Shown: positions 9,201 through 18,525, numbered from the stretch's first letter. The stretch is 22,753 nt of DNA from a virus (IMGVR_UViG_2526164651_000008:1-22753); one strand, 5' to 3'. Notes: generated by a model not told the origin, from the sequence alone. Made by a program: numbers and translations.

Positions 9201-9692
9201 CAGATACTGCGAAGTGGTTTTGCCCTTAATGGTGATGTCTTTTTCCGTCACCCAGCCACCGTTACGCTGTATCTGAACCAGCAGGCGGACTTCCGACGGA
9301 TTCCGGTCCCCCTTTGAGGTGGTTTCCACCAGTGCCTGCACACCGAAGGTCAGGCGCAGACGATCAATGTTTGCCGACGTGATGGTCCGGGTGATCGGCG
9401 TGTCGTATTTCACTTCCGTACCCAGCACCGTCTCGGAGCCGGAAGATTCAACCCCCTCCGGCGGTGTCTGCTCCTGCTCGCCGGCGCGGAACACTACCGT
9501 AACACCGGAAAAGTTTGTCTTCCCCTCGCTGTCCAGGACCGGCGTACCGTTCAGCAGCACGCTTTTTAATCCATCCACCGGACCGTCAACCGCCCCTTCG
9601 CTGATGGCATCAATCACACTCAGCAACTGCGTGGATTTCAGGTTGTCCTTCGCTTCGCGCGGGGTATGCCCCTTACTGCTGCCTTTACCCAT
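6217..9692 (-). pseudogene. J: Tail tip / host specificity protein J, interrupted by a frameshift near 6991-7000
   Basis: The 930-aa N-terminal ORF ([33 protein letters not shown]...) is J-like. It leaves frame after ...[11 protein letters not shown] and runs into a junk tail; the 268-aa ORF in another frame resumes with ...[46 protein letters not shown]..., the J C-terminal domain. Confidence 0.85.
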
Positions 9693-9752
9693 TCCTCACG
9701 CTCCATAAACGACAAAACCGCCCGCAGGCGGTTTCACATAAAACATTTTGCA

Positions 9753-10394
9753 TCAGCGACCAATCACCACAACCTGACCACCATCCCCTTCGTCTGCCGT
9801 GCTGATCTCCTGAGAAACCACACGTGACCCCACGCGCATTTCACCGTACAGAACGGGCAGAACATTGCCCTGGGCAACCATGTTATCCAGTGACGAGAAA
9901 TACGTGTTCTGCTTACCGTTATCCGTTGTCTGTGTACGGGGAGTTCTGGCTTTCGGTGCCAGCATCTGTGCAACACCGCCAAGCGTCATACTGGCACCGA
10001 GAGAAAACAGCAGATTACTCGCCATAATTCCTACCCCCGGCATCCATATAGCAACCGCCATAACAGCCGCCCCCAGCACCGCCTGAAACACACCGCCACT
10101 TTTAGCTCCCACCAGACGCGGTACTATGTGGATCACTGCACCATTTGCCAGCGGCTCATTAAGACGGGCAGACAATTCGGTTTCACCTGCATCACGCCCG
10201 GCAATGCGCACCTGATACCAGCCGTCACTCAGTTTCTGACGAAACGCCGGGAGCTGTGTGGCCAGTGCCCGGATGGCTTCAGCCCCCGTTTTCACACGAA
10301 GGTCGATGCGGCGACCAAATCGTTGTAAATCCCCGTAAAGGCAGATGCGCGCCATGCCCGGTGACGCCAGAGGGAGTGTGTGCGTCGCTGCCAT
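9753..10394 (-). CDS. I: Tail assembly protein I
   Basis: 213-aa ORF starting MAATHTLPLASPGMARICLYGDLQRFGRRIDLRVKTGAEAIRALATQLPAF..., matching lambda gpI as I recall it. Confidence 0.85.
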   Translation of the reverse strand: MAATHTLPLASPGMARICLYGDLQRFGRRIDLRVKTGAEAIRALATQLPAFRQKLSDGWYQVRIAGRDAGETELSARLNEPLANGAVIHIVPRLVGAKSGGVFQAVLGAAVMAVAIWMPGVGIMASNLLFSLGASMTLGGVAQMLAPKARTPRTQTTDNGKQNTYFSSLDNMVAQGNVLPVLYGEMRVGSRVVSQEISTADEGDGGQVVVIGR

Positions 10395-11035
10395 TTGTCG
10401 GTGTACCGCTCTCGTTTGCTCAGTTGTTCAGGAATATGGTGCAGCAGCCCGCCGTCACCGCAGTAAATGGCGGCATGATTCGGCACCGATGAACCAAAAC
10501 AGCACAGCAGCACATCGCCCGGCTGCGCCTCTGTCAGTGCGACACGGTAAAAACCCGTCACCTCCATATTGTCAAGATAGAGATTCTGACCGTTACGCCA
10601 CCAGTCATCCCCGCGATGAAAATCCGGCATCTCAATCCCCGCCAGATGATAAGCATCCCGGAACAGCGTGTAACAGTCCGTCACCCCGTGCTCAAAGCGC
10701 CGCCCGGTGAGATGCGGCACACAGCGGAATTTATGAATCTCACCCCGGCAGACCAGCCACCAAGGCAAATCACTCTGCACCTGCAGCCGCCGGTCAGCCT
10801 CACTCAGCCAGGGCAGACCACCGGGATGACTGTGGACCAGCGCCACAATCTCACCCAGCATTTGTGCCCGCAGCCAGTCCTCCGGAGCCATCCGGAACCG
10901 TTCCTCCGGCTCACCGGAGATATTCTCGCTGGGAAGATACCTGTCTCCCTCCGGCGTTCTCACCACGAAGCCACACGACTCCGCTGGCGCACATCGCCGG
11001 GCGTGCGCCAGAATCGCTGATTCTGTCTGTGTCAT
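10292..11035 (-). CDS. K: Tail assembly protein K (MPN/JAMM plus NlpC/P60-like), with a probable aberrant C-terminal extension overlapping I
   Basis: Starts at the internal Met (MTQTESAILAHARRCAPAESCGF...) of the 335-aa ORF. HSHPGG (JAMM) and DCYTLF...HAAIY (NlpC/P60 Cys/His) motifs are present. The last ~40 residues (R/W/H-rich) overlap the I start by 103 nt and look like out-of-frame read-through. Confidence 0.75.
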   Translation of the reverse strand: MTQTESAILAHARRCAPAESCGFVVRTPEGDRYLPSENISGEPEERFRMAPEDWLRAQMLGEIVALVHSHPGGLPWLSEADRRLQVQSDLPWWLVCRGEIHKFRCVPHLTGRRFEHGVTDCYTLFRDAYHLAGIEMPDFHRGDDWWRNGQNLYLDNMEVTGFYRVALTEAQPGDVLLCCFGSSVPNHAAIYCGDGGLLHHIPEQLSKRERYTDKWQRRTHSLWRHRAWRASAFTGIYNDLVAASTFV

Positions 11036-11039
11036 GGAT

Positions 11040-11738
11040 TTACTGAGAAAGTTTATTGATGGAAAGGAAACCGCCGAAATTACCGGTATTGTTGCGCAAC
11101 TCACACCCGCGCATACACTTGCTGCATTTGTCCTTCCGGATATCCGTCGTTGGTTTGTCGAACTCGTCAGCCACTGCCCTGCCCGTGTAACCACACTCAT
11201 CAGAACGGTAAGTCCACATACAGGTATTCGCCAGCATGATACGCCCCGGGAAAACCGCGCCATCCGTCTCCGTTGGTGTGGCCAGCACAAAAGAGGCACT
11301 GACCGCGCTCAGTTCGCTGCACTGCTCGATGCGCCAGCGGCTGATCACCTCCTGTTCCGGATCGGCGTCGCTGTTTCCGTTGACGAAGTTCACCGCATCC
11401 AGAAAACGGGCGTAAACCTTACGCCTGACCACCGTTCCGCCGACCAGACTCTGCAGATCTTCCGCCATACCGGTGACCATGCCGTGCAGGTTAGAGACCG
11501 TCAGTGTCGGACGGGCAGCACAGCCCCTGCCGTTCAGTTCAAACCCCGACCCCTGAATGGGGTATGCCTGATACTGCCGCCCCTGCCAGGTGACCGGCTC
11601 ACCTTTTTCGTTCTGCTCATTACAGAAAAAATAACGCTCACCACCGACCTCTGTCAGATCGATTTCCCAGAGCTCCACCCGGGCTGACTGCTCCGCACGG
11701 GTGCATTCATTCAGTGTTTCCTGCCGGATATCCTGCAT
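11040..11738 (-). CDS. L: Minor tail protein L
   Basis: 232-aa ORF, MQDIRQETLNECTRAEQSARVELWEIDLTEVGGERYFFCNEQNEKGEPVTWQGRQYQ..., collinear with lambda gpL. Confidence 0.9.
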   Translation of the reverse strand: MQDIRQETLNECTRAEQSARVELWEIDLTEVGGERYFFCNEQNEKGEPVTWQGRQYQAYPIQGSGFELNGRGCAARPTLTVSNLHGMVTGMAEDLQSLVGGTVVRRKVYARFLDAVNFVNGNSDADPEQEVISRWRIEQCSELSAVSASFVLATPTETDGAVFPGRIMLANTCMWTYRSDECGYTGRAVADEFDKPTTDIRKDKCSKCMRGCELRNNTGNFGGFLSINKLSQ

Positions 11739-12068
11739 CAGTTCACCACCTGTTCAAAATCGGCCGTTACAGTCACCCATAACGCCCCCACGCTTGCCGA
11801 CCATTTACGACAAACCACCCTTGATCGGTTTCCAGTCATAAGGTGGCGTCCACTGAAATGCGCGGACGCCACCGTGCCGTTCCAGAAAGGCTTTTAAAGA
11901 TGGGTGTTCACCTTTACGAACACGTATCGTCACGCTGTAAGTCGACAACTGGTTATTCAGTCCCGCCGCACGACGCTGTTCATAACCATCGCCCAGCTTC
12001 ACTGTCACCACTTTCGGCTCTGATACCACATTCATATCCGGGCGCACTTTCCAGTGAAACGTCTCCAT
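11738..12068 (-). pseudogene. M: Minor tail protein M with a 1-nt frameshift in a G run
   Basis: METFHWKVRPDMNVVSEPKVVTVKLGDGYEQRRAAGLNNQLSTYSVTIRVRKG...TPPYDWKPIK matches lambda gpM, then stops early. The adjacent frame continues ...VVCRKWSASVGALWVTVTADFEQVVN with a TGATG stop/start overlap onto L. The indel maps to the CCC run at 11818-11820. Confidence 0.75.
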
Positions 12069-15044
12069 TACCGGTATGCTCCACTTAACCGGCCACCATC
12101 ACGGGCCTGCTGTTGCATAAAGTCCGCGGCCGCTTTTTTCCCGAGGTCATAAACCACCTTCAGGGCAGCCGGACCTATCTGCCCGTTCGTGCCGTCGTTA
12201 TTGATCTCAATGTTGTACTGCGGGGCAAACATCACCATGCCTGAACCACCAGTATCCGCCACAACCCCCAGCTTACCATCAGCACCGCGACGCAGTGGCA
12301 GAATGGCTTCAGGTCCCGCTTCCCCCATCACACCCGCGCCTTTTGCAAAAGCAAAAAACGTCGGACGGTTAACCACCGTGCCACTGTAGCGACTCAAATC
12401 AGCAGACTGGTAAACACCGCCATCAGCATTAGTCGTGAAGCCGAATAAAGAACCGACGCCCTTTACCGCCTGCATCATGGCCATCTGTGCCATAATTCTG
12501 GCCATATCTGACAACAGGGAAGAGGTGAAGGATTTAAAATTCAGCTTACCGGTGGTACAGAATGTCGCCAGTGCATTACCGGCACTGCTGAATGCCACTG
12601 TAAACATCTGTTCTGCCGTTCCCGCCGCATTATCCGCATCCGCCGTAAAATTCTGAAACGCCCGCATGGCACCGTTTTTCCAGTCGCCCTGCGCCACTTC
12701 CAGTTCCTGCCAGTAGCGTTTGTTTTCATTCAGTTGTCGCTTCAGGCTCCCCTTCAGCACCTCCTCAGCCCTCCGGTAGTCCTCCGTCCCGTAAGTGCCT
12801 TTCTGGCGACTGTCATTCTCAAGCTGTTGCAACTGTTGCCGGTATTCCTGCCGGATGCGCAACTGTGCCTGGTAGCGCTGCCGCTGCTTATCCCCCATAC
12901 CTGCAGTGGCAATATCCAGATTGTGCTGCTCACGCAGTGCACGTTCTTTGTCTGCCAGCTGGCTGGTCAGCTGAACCGTTTTTTTCTCAGGTCGTTAAGC
13001 GCTGTCTGTTTCTGCAGCTCCTGCTGTTTCACATCCAGCAGCGTCAGCGCCTGAATCAGCTCATTCTTACGGGCCAGCACACTCTTTTCATCTGCCGTCA
13101 GCTTTTTCCCGTCCAGGTCGCTGATGCGCTGCTGCAGGGCCAGAAGCTGTTTATGCGCTTCAGTCATCCTTTCAGTGGCAATGCCTGCTGACTGTCTGGC
13201 AGCAGCAATCTGCCCTTCCACCTGTGCCTGCTGCTGACTGTACTGCAGCAATAACCGGGTGGCCTCATCATTACGGGTTGCCCGTGTATTTTTCTTAATG
13301 GCTTTTTCGTAACGTTCATTTTCACGCTGTATCGCCGCATCCCTGACAGCCTGGTCGGCGTACTGCATGGCATTAATACGCGCAATTTCCCGCTGATGTC
13401 GTGCAGCTCCCGTTTCATTCATCCGGTTCAGCGCGGCATTTTCAGCATTCCGGCGTTTTTTCTCCTGAAGATCGTTAAGACGCTGCTGATCGTACTCCAC
13501 CTGTGTGGAGGCGTTTGTCCACGGATATTTTTTCGCGCGCTGAATTTTTTCCTGTAACGCATCAATCTGCGCATCCAGCGAGTCTTCACGACCAATATTC
13601 ATGGCCGCATCCCAGAACTGCTTCCACCAGTCAGACAAGGTTTGCAGCGTACTACCCAGCGCATTGAGATTATTATCAATATCAGATGTGCGTTTACCGG
13701 TTTCCTCTGCCAGCGCAGACATGGCGATCCGGGCCGCATCACTGGACCGCCCCTGCTCCCCAAGGACGCGTATCTGCTCAAGCTGAGTGGCAGTCAAAAA
13801 ATGCAGCGCATTGTCCAGCGCCTTCGCGGCATTTACAGGATCATCCTTCAGCCGCTTAAACTGATTTATGGTATCGCTGACCGACTGGCCAACCGATCGC
13901 TCCATCTGTGCGGCAGCTTTCGCCACCATACCAATATCGTTTCCATGAAATGCCCCACTGCCCACCACCTGTGCCAGCGCACCGGCTGCCGCATGTTGCG
14001 TGATACCATTCCCGGATATGGCCCGGCTGAGTTTCCACAACTGCCCGACAGTGACACCGGCATAATGTCCCGTCAGCGCCAGCTGACGGTTAAATTCCTC
14101 GCCCTCCTTCCGCCGTCATGCCAGGCTTTACCCAGACCCAGGACCGCCGCGACAAGTCCGCCAATAACGCCGCCAGTCATCATGCCTTTCGGCGACATCT
14201 GTGCGCCTGTCCATCCGGCACGGTTAGCCAGCGTTATCCCGGATCCCCTCAGCGCACCAAAATTGCCGCGCGCCATCTGACTGATTAACACCCCCAGCTC
14301 CCGCCGGGCTGCCGCACTTTTCAGCCCCAGCGAATGTGTGGCTTTTCCTGCCCGCTCCATTTTGCGGATATACACTTCTGCAGCACTGCTTACCCCCAGC
14401 TGAGCCGCCCTGGCGCGAAGCAACTCAGAAGACGACAGATTCTGGCGGGTTGCCTGCTCTTTAAGCTGGCGGATAAACGCCGCTTTCTGCCGGGTGGCCT
14501 GTTCCTCTGCCTGCGTCAGGGCACGGGTTTTCGCCGTGATCTCCGAAATCAGCGCCAGATAATCCTGCTGACCAACCCCGCCACTGTTTCTGGCCTGTCG
14601 GATCTGCTGCTGAATACGCTGTAATTCCTGAAGCCCCGCACCGGCCTGTTTCACACTGTCAATCTGGCGATAAAAGGCGGCAGCCGCTTTATCCTGCGCC
14701 TCCGCCAGTGCCCTGGCCTGCGCCTGTTCCTCGCGCATTTTCTGATTCAGGGCATCCACGCGCAGACGGGTTTGTTCCACCTCACGGGCCATGCGTTCAT
14801 GAGCCCGTGCATTCTTCTCCACCGTCTGCGCATGGGCTGATGCTGCTGTTGCAGCCGAAGAAGCCGCCTGCATTGTCTGCCGGGCCGCCTGAGTCTGACG
14901 CTCCATAAAACGCTGCATACGGGCAGAAGACCGTTCTGCATCGCTGGCTGCACCATTCAGAAGGTTTTTGATACGGGGAATTTCATTTTTAAACTCTGCC
15001 GCATCAATCCCCAAATCAATGACCAGGTTGGCTATCTGGTCCAT
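12068..15044 (-). pseudogene. H: Tail tape measure protein H, split into three ORFs by two frameshifts
   Basis: N-terminal ORF (MDQIANLVIDLGIDAAEF...), middle ORF and C-terminal ORF (...INNDGTNGQIGPAALKVVYDLGKKAAADFMQQQARDGGRLSGAYR, an H-type C-terminus) are collinear once the frame is changed near 14101-14113 and at the T7 run 12979-12985. The middle portion is coiled-coil rich. Confidence 0.8.
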
Positions 15045-15345
15045 AACGCACACCTCCGGAAATACCTTCCCCAAGATGCATCAGTTCTTCGTCCGTTCGC
15101 TCCGGTATCCCGTTCTCTTCCGGTAAAAGGCTGAAATCAGCCACCGCAGCATCGATGCTGCCGGACACCATTCTCACGATCAATGCCTTCAGCGAGGCAA
15201 ACTGCGCATCCATCCACACATCACTGAAGCTCTGCATCCGGAAATAATCGCCCCACTCACCAAGCTCAGTGGCCGACATATCCGACAGCATCCGCCGCCA
15301 GTCTGCCCGCCGGAACTCCCGGGCAAGCCGCATGACAAACTGCAT
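15016..15345 (-). CDS. T: T-frame portion of the G-T tail assembly chaperone (expressed by -1 frameshift from G)
   Basis: 109-aa ORF in the -1 frame relative to G. It is open upstream across the G stop, overlaps the G 3' end, and sits directly upstream of H, the conserved lambda G/GT arrangement. Confidence 0.6.
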   Translation of the reverse strand: MQFVMRLAREFRRADWRRMLSDMSATELGEWGDYFRMQSFSDVWMDAQFASLKALIVRMVSGSIDAAVADFSLLPEENGIPERTDEELMHLGEGISGGVRYGPDSQPGH

Positions 15346-15353
15346 TTCCCGCG

Positions 15354-15664
15354 TCAGGACTTTTCCGGCGTCAGCGCCTCATGATCATCATCCCCGGCAT
15401 TCTCAATGGTCCCCATACCGCTCAGCGACAGAACCCTCTCCGCCCCCGTGCCCAGCGCATCATACGACCATGTTGTCATAATGGATGCGCAAAGCGTCTC
15501 AACATCCTGAGACTGCTCAGCATTCCACAGTGAGCGGGAAACCAGCCAGGCATTGATATCCATTCCCATACGCAGAAAAGCAATCTGTCGTTCAGCCTCC
15601 GGCAGTTCTCCCTCCTGTGCATCAAACTTTGCCGTTCGCTGCTGAACAAACGTCAGATATTCAA
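15354..15664 (-). pseudogene. G: Tail assembly chaperone G, 5'-truncated by IS600
   Basis: The ORF on the minus strand abuts the IS600 end at 15665; its apparent ATG (15680) lies inside the IS terminal repeat. Position immediately upstream of T/H identifies it as G. Confidence 0.6.
15360..15366 (-). other. Candidate G-T -1 programmed frameshift heptamer GGAAAAG (variant of lambda GGGAAAG)
   Basis: In the G frame the sequence reads CCG GAA AAG TCC TGA; the -1 frame is open from upstream through the T ORF. The heptamer differs from the lambda slippery site by one base. Confidence 0.35.
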
Positions 15665-15707
15665 TGAGGTGTACTGGCAATAGCGGACACTACCATTTGT
15701 TCTTTTT

Positions 15708-16526
15708 TTAAGCAGCCATCTGATGATATTTTTCCCTGAAGGCTGCCGGGGAGATATTCCCCAGACGAGAGTGACGACGCTGACGATTGTAGAAAATCTC
15801 AATGTATTCCCGTATTACTGAGATGGCTTCATCCCGGTTATTAAAACGATAGTGGCTCAGGCTCTCATTTTTCAGCGTTCCCCAGAAGCTTTCCATCGGA
15901 GCGTTGTCGTAACAGTTACCTTTACGCGACATTGATGTTTTCAGACCAAACTGCTCCTGTATGACCCGGTAATCGTATGCGCAGTACTGTGAACCTCGAT
16001 CAGAGTGGTGGATTAGCCCGGCAGGTGGGCGCTGGCTCCTGAGCGCCATAAACAGGGCTTTACCTGTCAGCTCTTTTGTCATGCGCTCTCCCATGGCGTA
16101 GCCGACAATTTCACACGTATAAACATCTTTGATGCCAGCGAGGTACAACCATCCCTCCTGTGTGGCAACATACGTCAGGTCCGCCACCCAGACCTGATTT
16201 GGTGCTGTAGGAGCGAACGTCTGGTTCAGCAGATTTGGCGCAACTGGCAGATTGTGGTTCGGGTTCGTAGTCGCTCTGAACTTGCGTTTCTGCTTACAGC
16301 GTAGCCTTAGCTCCTTACGAAGACGTGCCAGTCGGTCACGACCAACGATGATGCCATTCTCTGCCAGCTCCGTCTGGAGCCGCCGGGTTCCATATGTTTC
16401 GCGAGTGCGGATATGTGCCACCTTAATCTCCAGTTTTAGCCGCTCATCATTTTGTTTTCTGTCTGAGGGTTCATGCTGTACCCAGTTGTAATAACCGCTC
16501 CTGGATACACCAAATACCTGACACAT
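15708..16526 (-). CDS. IS600 OrfB transposase (DDE integrase domain)
   Basis: 272-aa ORF with an IS3-family catalytic core (...[14 protein letters not shown]...NAPMESFWGTLKNE...). Confidence 0.85.
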   Translation of the reverse strand: MCQVFGVSRSGYYNWVQHEPSDRKQNDERLKLEIKVAHIRTRETYGTRRLQTELAENGIIVGRDRLARLRKELRLRCKQKRKFRATTNPNHNLPVAPNLLNQTFAPTAPNQVWVADLTYVATQEGWLYLAGIKDVYTCEIVGYAMGERMTKELTGKALFMALRSQRPPAGLIHHSDRGSQYCAYDYRVIQEQFGLKTSMSRKGNCYDNAPMESFWGTLKNESLSHYRFNNRDEAISVIREYIEIFYNRQRRHSRLGNISPAAFREKYHQMAA

Positions 16527-16561
16527 CGCTTCAATGGGAAATTGTTGTCGCCATTGTTCGA

Positions 16562-16864
16562 TTAACGCGTATTTTTCAGCGACTCCTGTGCAAAATACGC
16601 TGTTGCTTTTTTTAATATATCTCGCTCAAGGCGAGCTTCATTTAACGCCTTACGCAGTTGCAGAATTTCAGATTCCAGTTCAGCCACCGTGCGGGAACCA
16701 GGAGTACCGAGCCCTTTTCTGGCGGCGGTAACCCATTGTCCTAAAGTGCCTTCAGGAAGGGATAATCGGGAAGCGCCTTCACTGATCGAAAGTTGATTTT
16801 CAAGAACCGTTCTGACAGCTTCGGCTTTGAACTCTTTAGAGTAACGTTGGGTTTTTCTGCTCAT
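16562..16864 (-). CDS. IS600 OrfA (helix-turn-helix and leucine zipper)
   Basis: 100-aa ORF MSRKTQRYSKEFKAEAVRTVLENQLSISEGASRLSLPEGTLGQWV...; it ends shortly after the A7G frameshift window that leads into orfB. Confidence 0.85.
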   Translation of the reverse strand: MSRKTQRYSKEFKAEAVRTVLENQLSISEGASRLSLPEGTLGQWVTAARKGLGTPGSRTVAELESEILQLRKALNEARLERDILKKATAYFAQESLKNTR

Positions 16865-16928
16865 TATTAGCTCCTTCTGATGCCATTCTATTTCAGGAAG
16901 GAGTGTCCGTTAAACTCAGGCTACCTCA

Positions 16929-17067
16929 ATATGGTACCCGCGCTTCGGGAACTGATGCAGGCGAAGCATCGCGCACAGAAAGCAGTAGATGAGCTGGTGG
17001 ACTGTGTGGCAGAGCTGGAAACCAGAGTCGGAAAGTTTGAAAAACTGGTGCAGGAGGTGCTGCGCTG
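16929..17067 (+). pseudogene. 3' fragment of a phage nin-region gene truncated by IS600
   Basis: Open frame ...VPALRELMQAKHRAQKAVDELVDCVAELETRVGKFEKLVQEVLR* begins at the IS600 boundary. Its stop overlaps the rusA ATG (TGATG). Confidence 0.45.
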
Positions 17068-17427
17068 ATGCGCCATGAGTTTATTTTACCTTATCCGCCG
17101 ACGGTGAATACTTACTGGCGACGTCGTGGCAGCACATATTTTGTATCAAAAGCCGGTGAGCGTTATCGTCGGGATGTGGCGCTTATTGTCCGTCAGCAGT
17201 GACTGAAATTAAGCCTGTCCGGAAGACTGGCGATAAAGATTATTGCAGAGCCACCGGATAAGCGGCGTCGTGACCTGGACAATATCCTGAAAGCACCACT
17301 GGATGCACTGACACATGCGGGGTTGCTTATCGACGACGAGCAGTTTGATGAAACCAATATTGTGCGCGGACTGCCTGTTCCTGGTGGTCGGTTGGGGATA
17401 AAAATCACAGAGCTGGAGTGTGCATGA
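17067..17427 (+). pseudogene. rusA: RusA-like Holliday junction resolvase with a +1 frameshift and an in-frame TGA
   Basis: MRHEFILPYPP, then an extra A at about 17100 shifts the frame; the shifted frame reads TVNTYWRRRGSTYFVSKAGERYRRDVALIVRQQ, then TGA (17200-17202), then LKLSLSGRLAIKIIAEPPDKRRRDLDNILKAPLDALTHAGLLIDDEQFDETNIVRGLPVPGGRLGIKITELECA. The DKRRRDLDN and GGRL segments are RusA-like. Confidence 0.7.
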
Positions 17428-18113
17428 ATAACCAGTATTTACAGTTTGTTCGTGAGCAGCTCATTATCGCCACCGCTGATTTGAGTGGGGCGACAAAAGG
17501 TCAGCTTGAAGCCTGGCAGGAGAATGCCATGTTCGATACAGGGCGTTACAGGCGTAAAAAAATCCGGTACCGCGATGAGGTGACCGGAAAAATGATAACG
17601 CGGGATAATCCACCAATCCCGGGAAAACAATCACTGGCGAAGGGGGCGTCAATTCCTCTGGTCAGTCAGGTTGCGTTTTCGACATCATCGTGGCGGCGGG
17701 CTGTTCTGTCTCTTGAAGAGCACCATAAAGCCTGGTTGTTGTGGTGTTACAGCGGAAGTATTTGCTGGGAGTATCAGATCACCATAACCCACTGGGCGTG
17801 GGAAGAGTTTAAGGCTCATTCTGGCACTAGGAAAATTGCAGAGAAAACACAGGAACGCCTGAAAAAATTAATCTGGCTGGCGGCGCAGGCGGTAAAAGCA
17901 GAACTTTTTGGTGGGGAAGGTTATGAATATCAGGAGCTGGCATTACTGGCGGGAGTAACAACCAAAAACTGGTCCAAAACATTTACTGGTCACTGGGTTG
18001 TAATGAAACACATTTTTCACCGACTGGATAGTGAGGCTTTATTGTTTGTGATGAGAACACGTTCAGAACAAAAAGCGGCATTTTCAAAGCAAAGTATTGC
18101 AAAAGTAGATTAA
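17424..18113 (+). CDS. Putative late-gene antiterminator (Q-like), assigned by position
   Basis: 230-aa ORF whose ATG overlaps the rusA stop (ATGA). It sits between rusA and the tRNA array, where lambdoid phages encode Q. I do not recognise the sequence itself. Confidence 0.45.
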   Translation: MNNQYLQFVREQLIIATADLSGATKGQLEAWQENAMFDTGRYRRKKIRYRDEVTGKMITRDNPPIPGKQSLAKGASIPLVSQVAFSTSSWRRAVLSLEEHHKAWLLWCYSGSICWEYQITITHWAWEEFKAHSGTRKIAEKTQERLKKLIWLAAQAVKAELFGGEGYEYQELALLAGVTTKNWSKTFTGHWVVMKHIFHRLDSEALLFVMRTRSEQKAAFSKQSIAKVD

Positions 18114-18176
18114 AAGGCATATATTTCATGCAAATCTGATACTTTGCCGATTTTGTACGCGATGGCAAAGTAAGCA

Positions 18177-18202
18177 AAACCCGCCGCCGAGCGGTTTTTT
18201 TA
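18177..18202 (+). terminator. Terminator-like element (short GC hairpin plus T7) between the Q-like gene and the tRNA array; possible tR' equivalent
   Basis: AAAACCCGCCGCCGAGCGGTTTTTTT: a CCGC/GCGG stem with a 6-nt loop, flanked by an A tract and seven T. Confidence 0.4.
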
Positions 18203-18289
18203 TGCCTGAAAAATGGCACAGGACGTTAAACGTGCTGGTGGTCAGATGAGTTTGCAGATGTGATGACATATGGTTATTATTCTGCCTCC

Positions 18290-18366
18290 GGCCCTTTAGC
18301 TCAGTTGGTCAGAGCGAGCGACTCATAATCGCCAGGTCGCTGGTTCAAGTCCAGCAAGGGCCACCA
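18290..18366 (+). tRNA. tRNA-Ile2 (anticodon CAT, ileX/ileZ-like; reads AUA after lysidine modification)
   Basis: GGCCCTTTAGCTCAG...CGACTCATAATCG...GGTTCAAGTCCAGCAAGGGCCACCA. Cloverleaf with U8, GCTC/GAGC D stem, CTCATAA anticodon loop, TTCAAGT T loop and encoded CCA. Very similar to E. coli ileX as I recall it. Confidence 0.85.
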
Positions 18367-18367
18367 A

Positions 18368-18444
18368 CCACCACTAGCTCATCCGGATAGAGCATCAACC
18401 TTCTAAGTTGACGGTGCGAGGTTCGAGTCCTCGGTGGTGGGCCA
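18368..18444 (+). tRNA. tRNA-Arg (anticodon TCT, reads AGA)
   Basis: CCACCACTAGCTCATCCGGATAGAGCATCAACCTTCTAAGTTGACGGTGCGAGGTTCGAGTCCTCGGTGGTGGGCCA: 7-bp acceptor stem, anticodon loop CTTCTAA, T loop TTCGAGT, encoded CCA. It starts 1 nt after the previous tRNA. Confidence 0.85.
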
Positions 18445-18446
18445 GC

Positions 18447-18522
<76 letters not shown>

Positions 18523-18525
18523 TAT

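Larger units (their letters stand above)
15665..16928 (-). mobile_element. IS600 (IS3 family), complete 1264-bp copy
   Basis: Ends TGAGGTGTACTGGCAATAGCGGACACTACC (15665, IRR) and TGAGGTAGCCTGAGTTTAACGGACACTCC (reverse complement ending at 16928, IRL). It contains orfA and orfB with an A7G slippery motif (16606-16613). Flanking triplets differ (CAA and ATA), so there is no intact 3-bp target duplication. Confidence 0.85.

Noticed and set aside
10616-11687. Plus-strand ORFs (134 aa and 217 aa) overlapping K and L
   Set aside because: Antisense to two conserved tail genes; no motifs and R/P/H-rich composition.
13642-14280. 212-aa plus-strand ORF inside the tape measure gene
   Set aside because: Antisense to the conserved H coding sequence, with no independent start or stop context; treated as an artefact of GC-rich coding DNA.
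16880-17068. 62-aa ORF MPFYFRKECPLNSGYLNMVPALRELMQ... as an intact small gene
   Set aside because: Its first 16 codons are IS600 terminal-repeat sequence; only the portion from 16929 onward is phage-derived, so it is annotated as a truncated fragment.
18114-18290. Possible PR'-like late promoter and qut site downstream of the Q-like gene
   Set aside because: A terminator-like hairpin is present, but I could not find a convincing -35/-10 pair; the best candidate (GATACT with no -35) is too weak to annotate.
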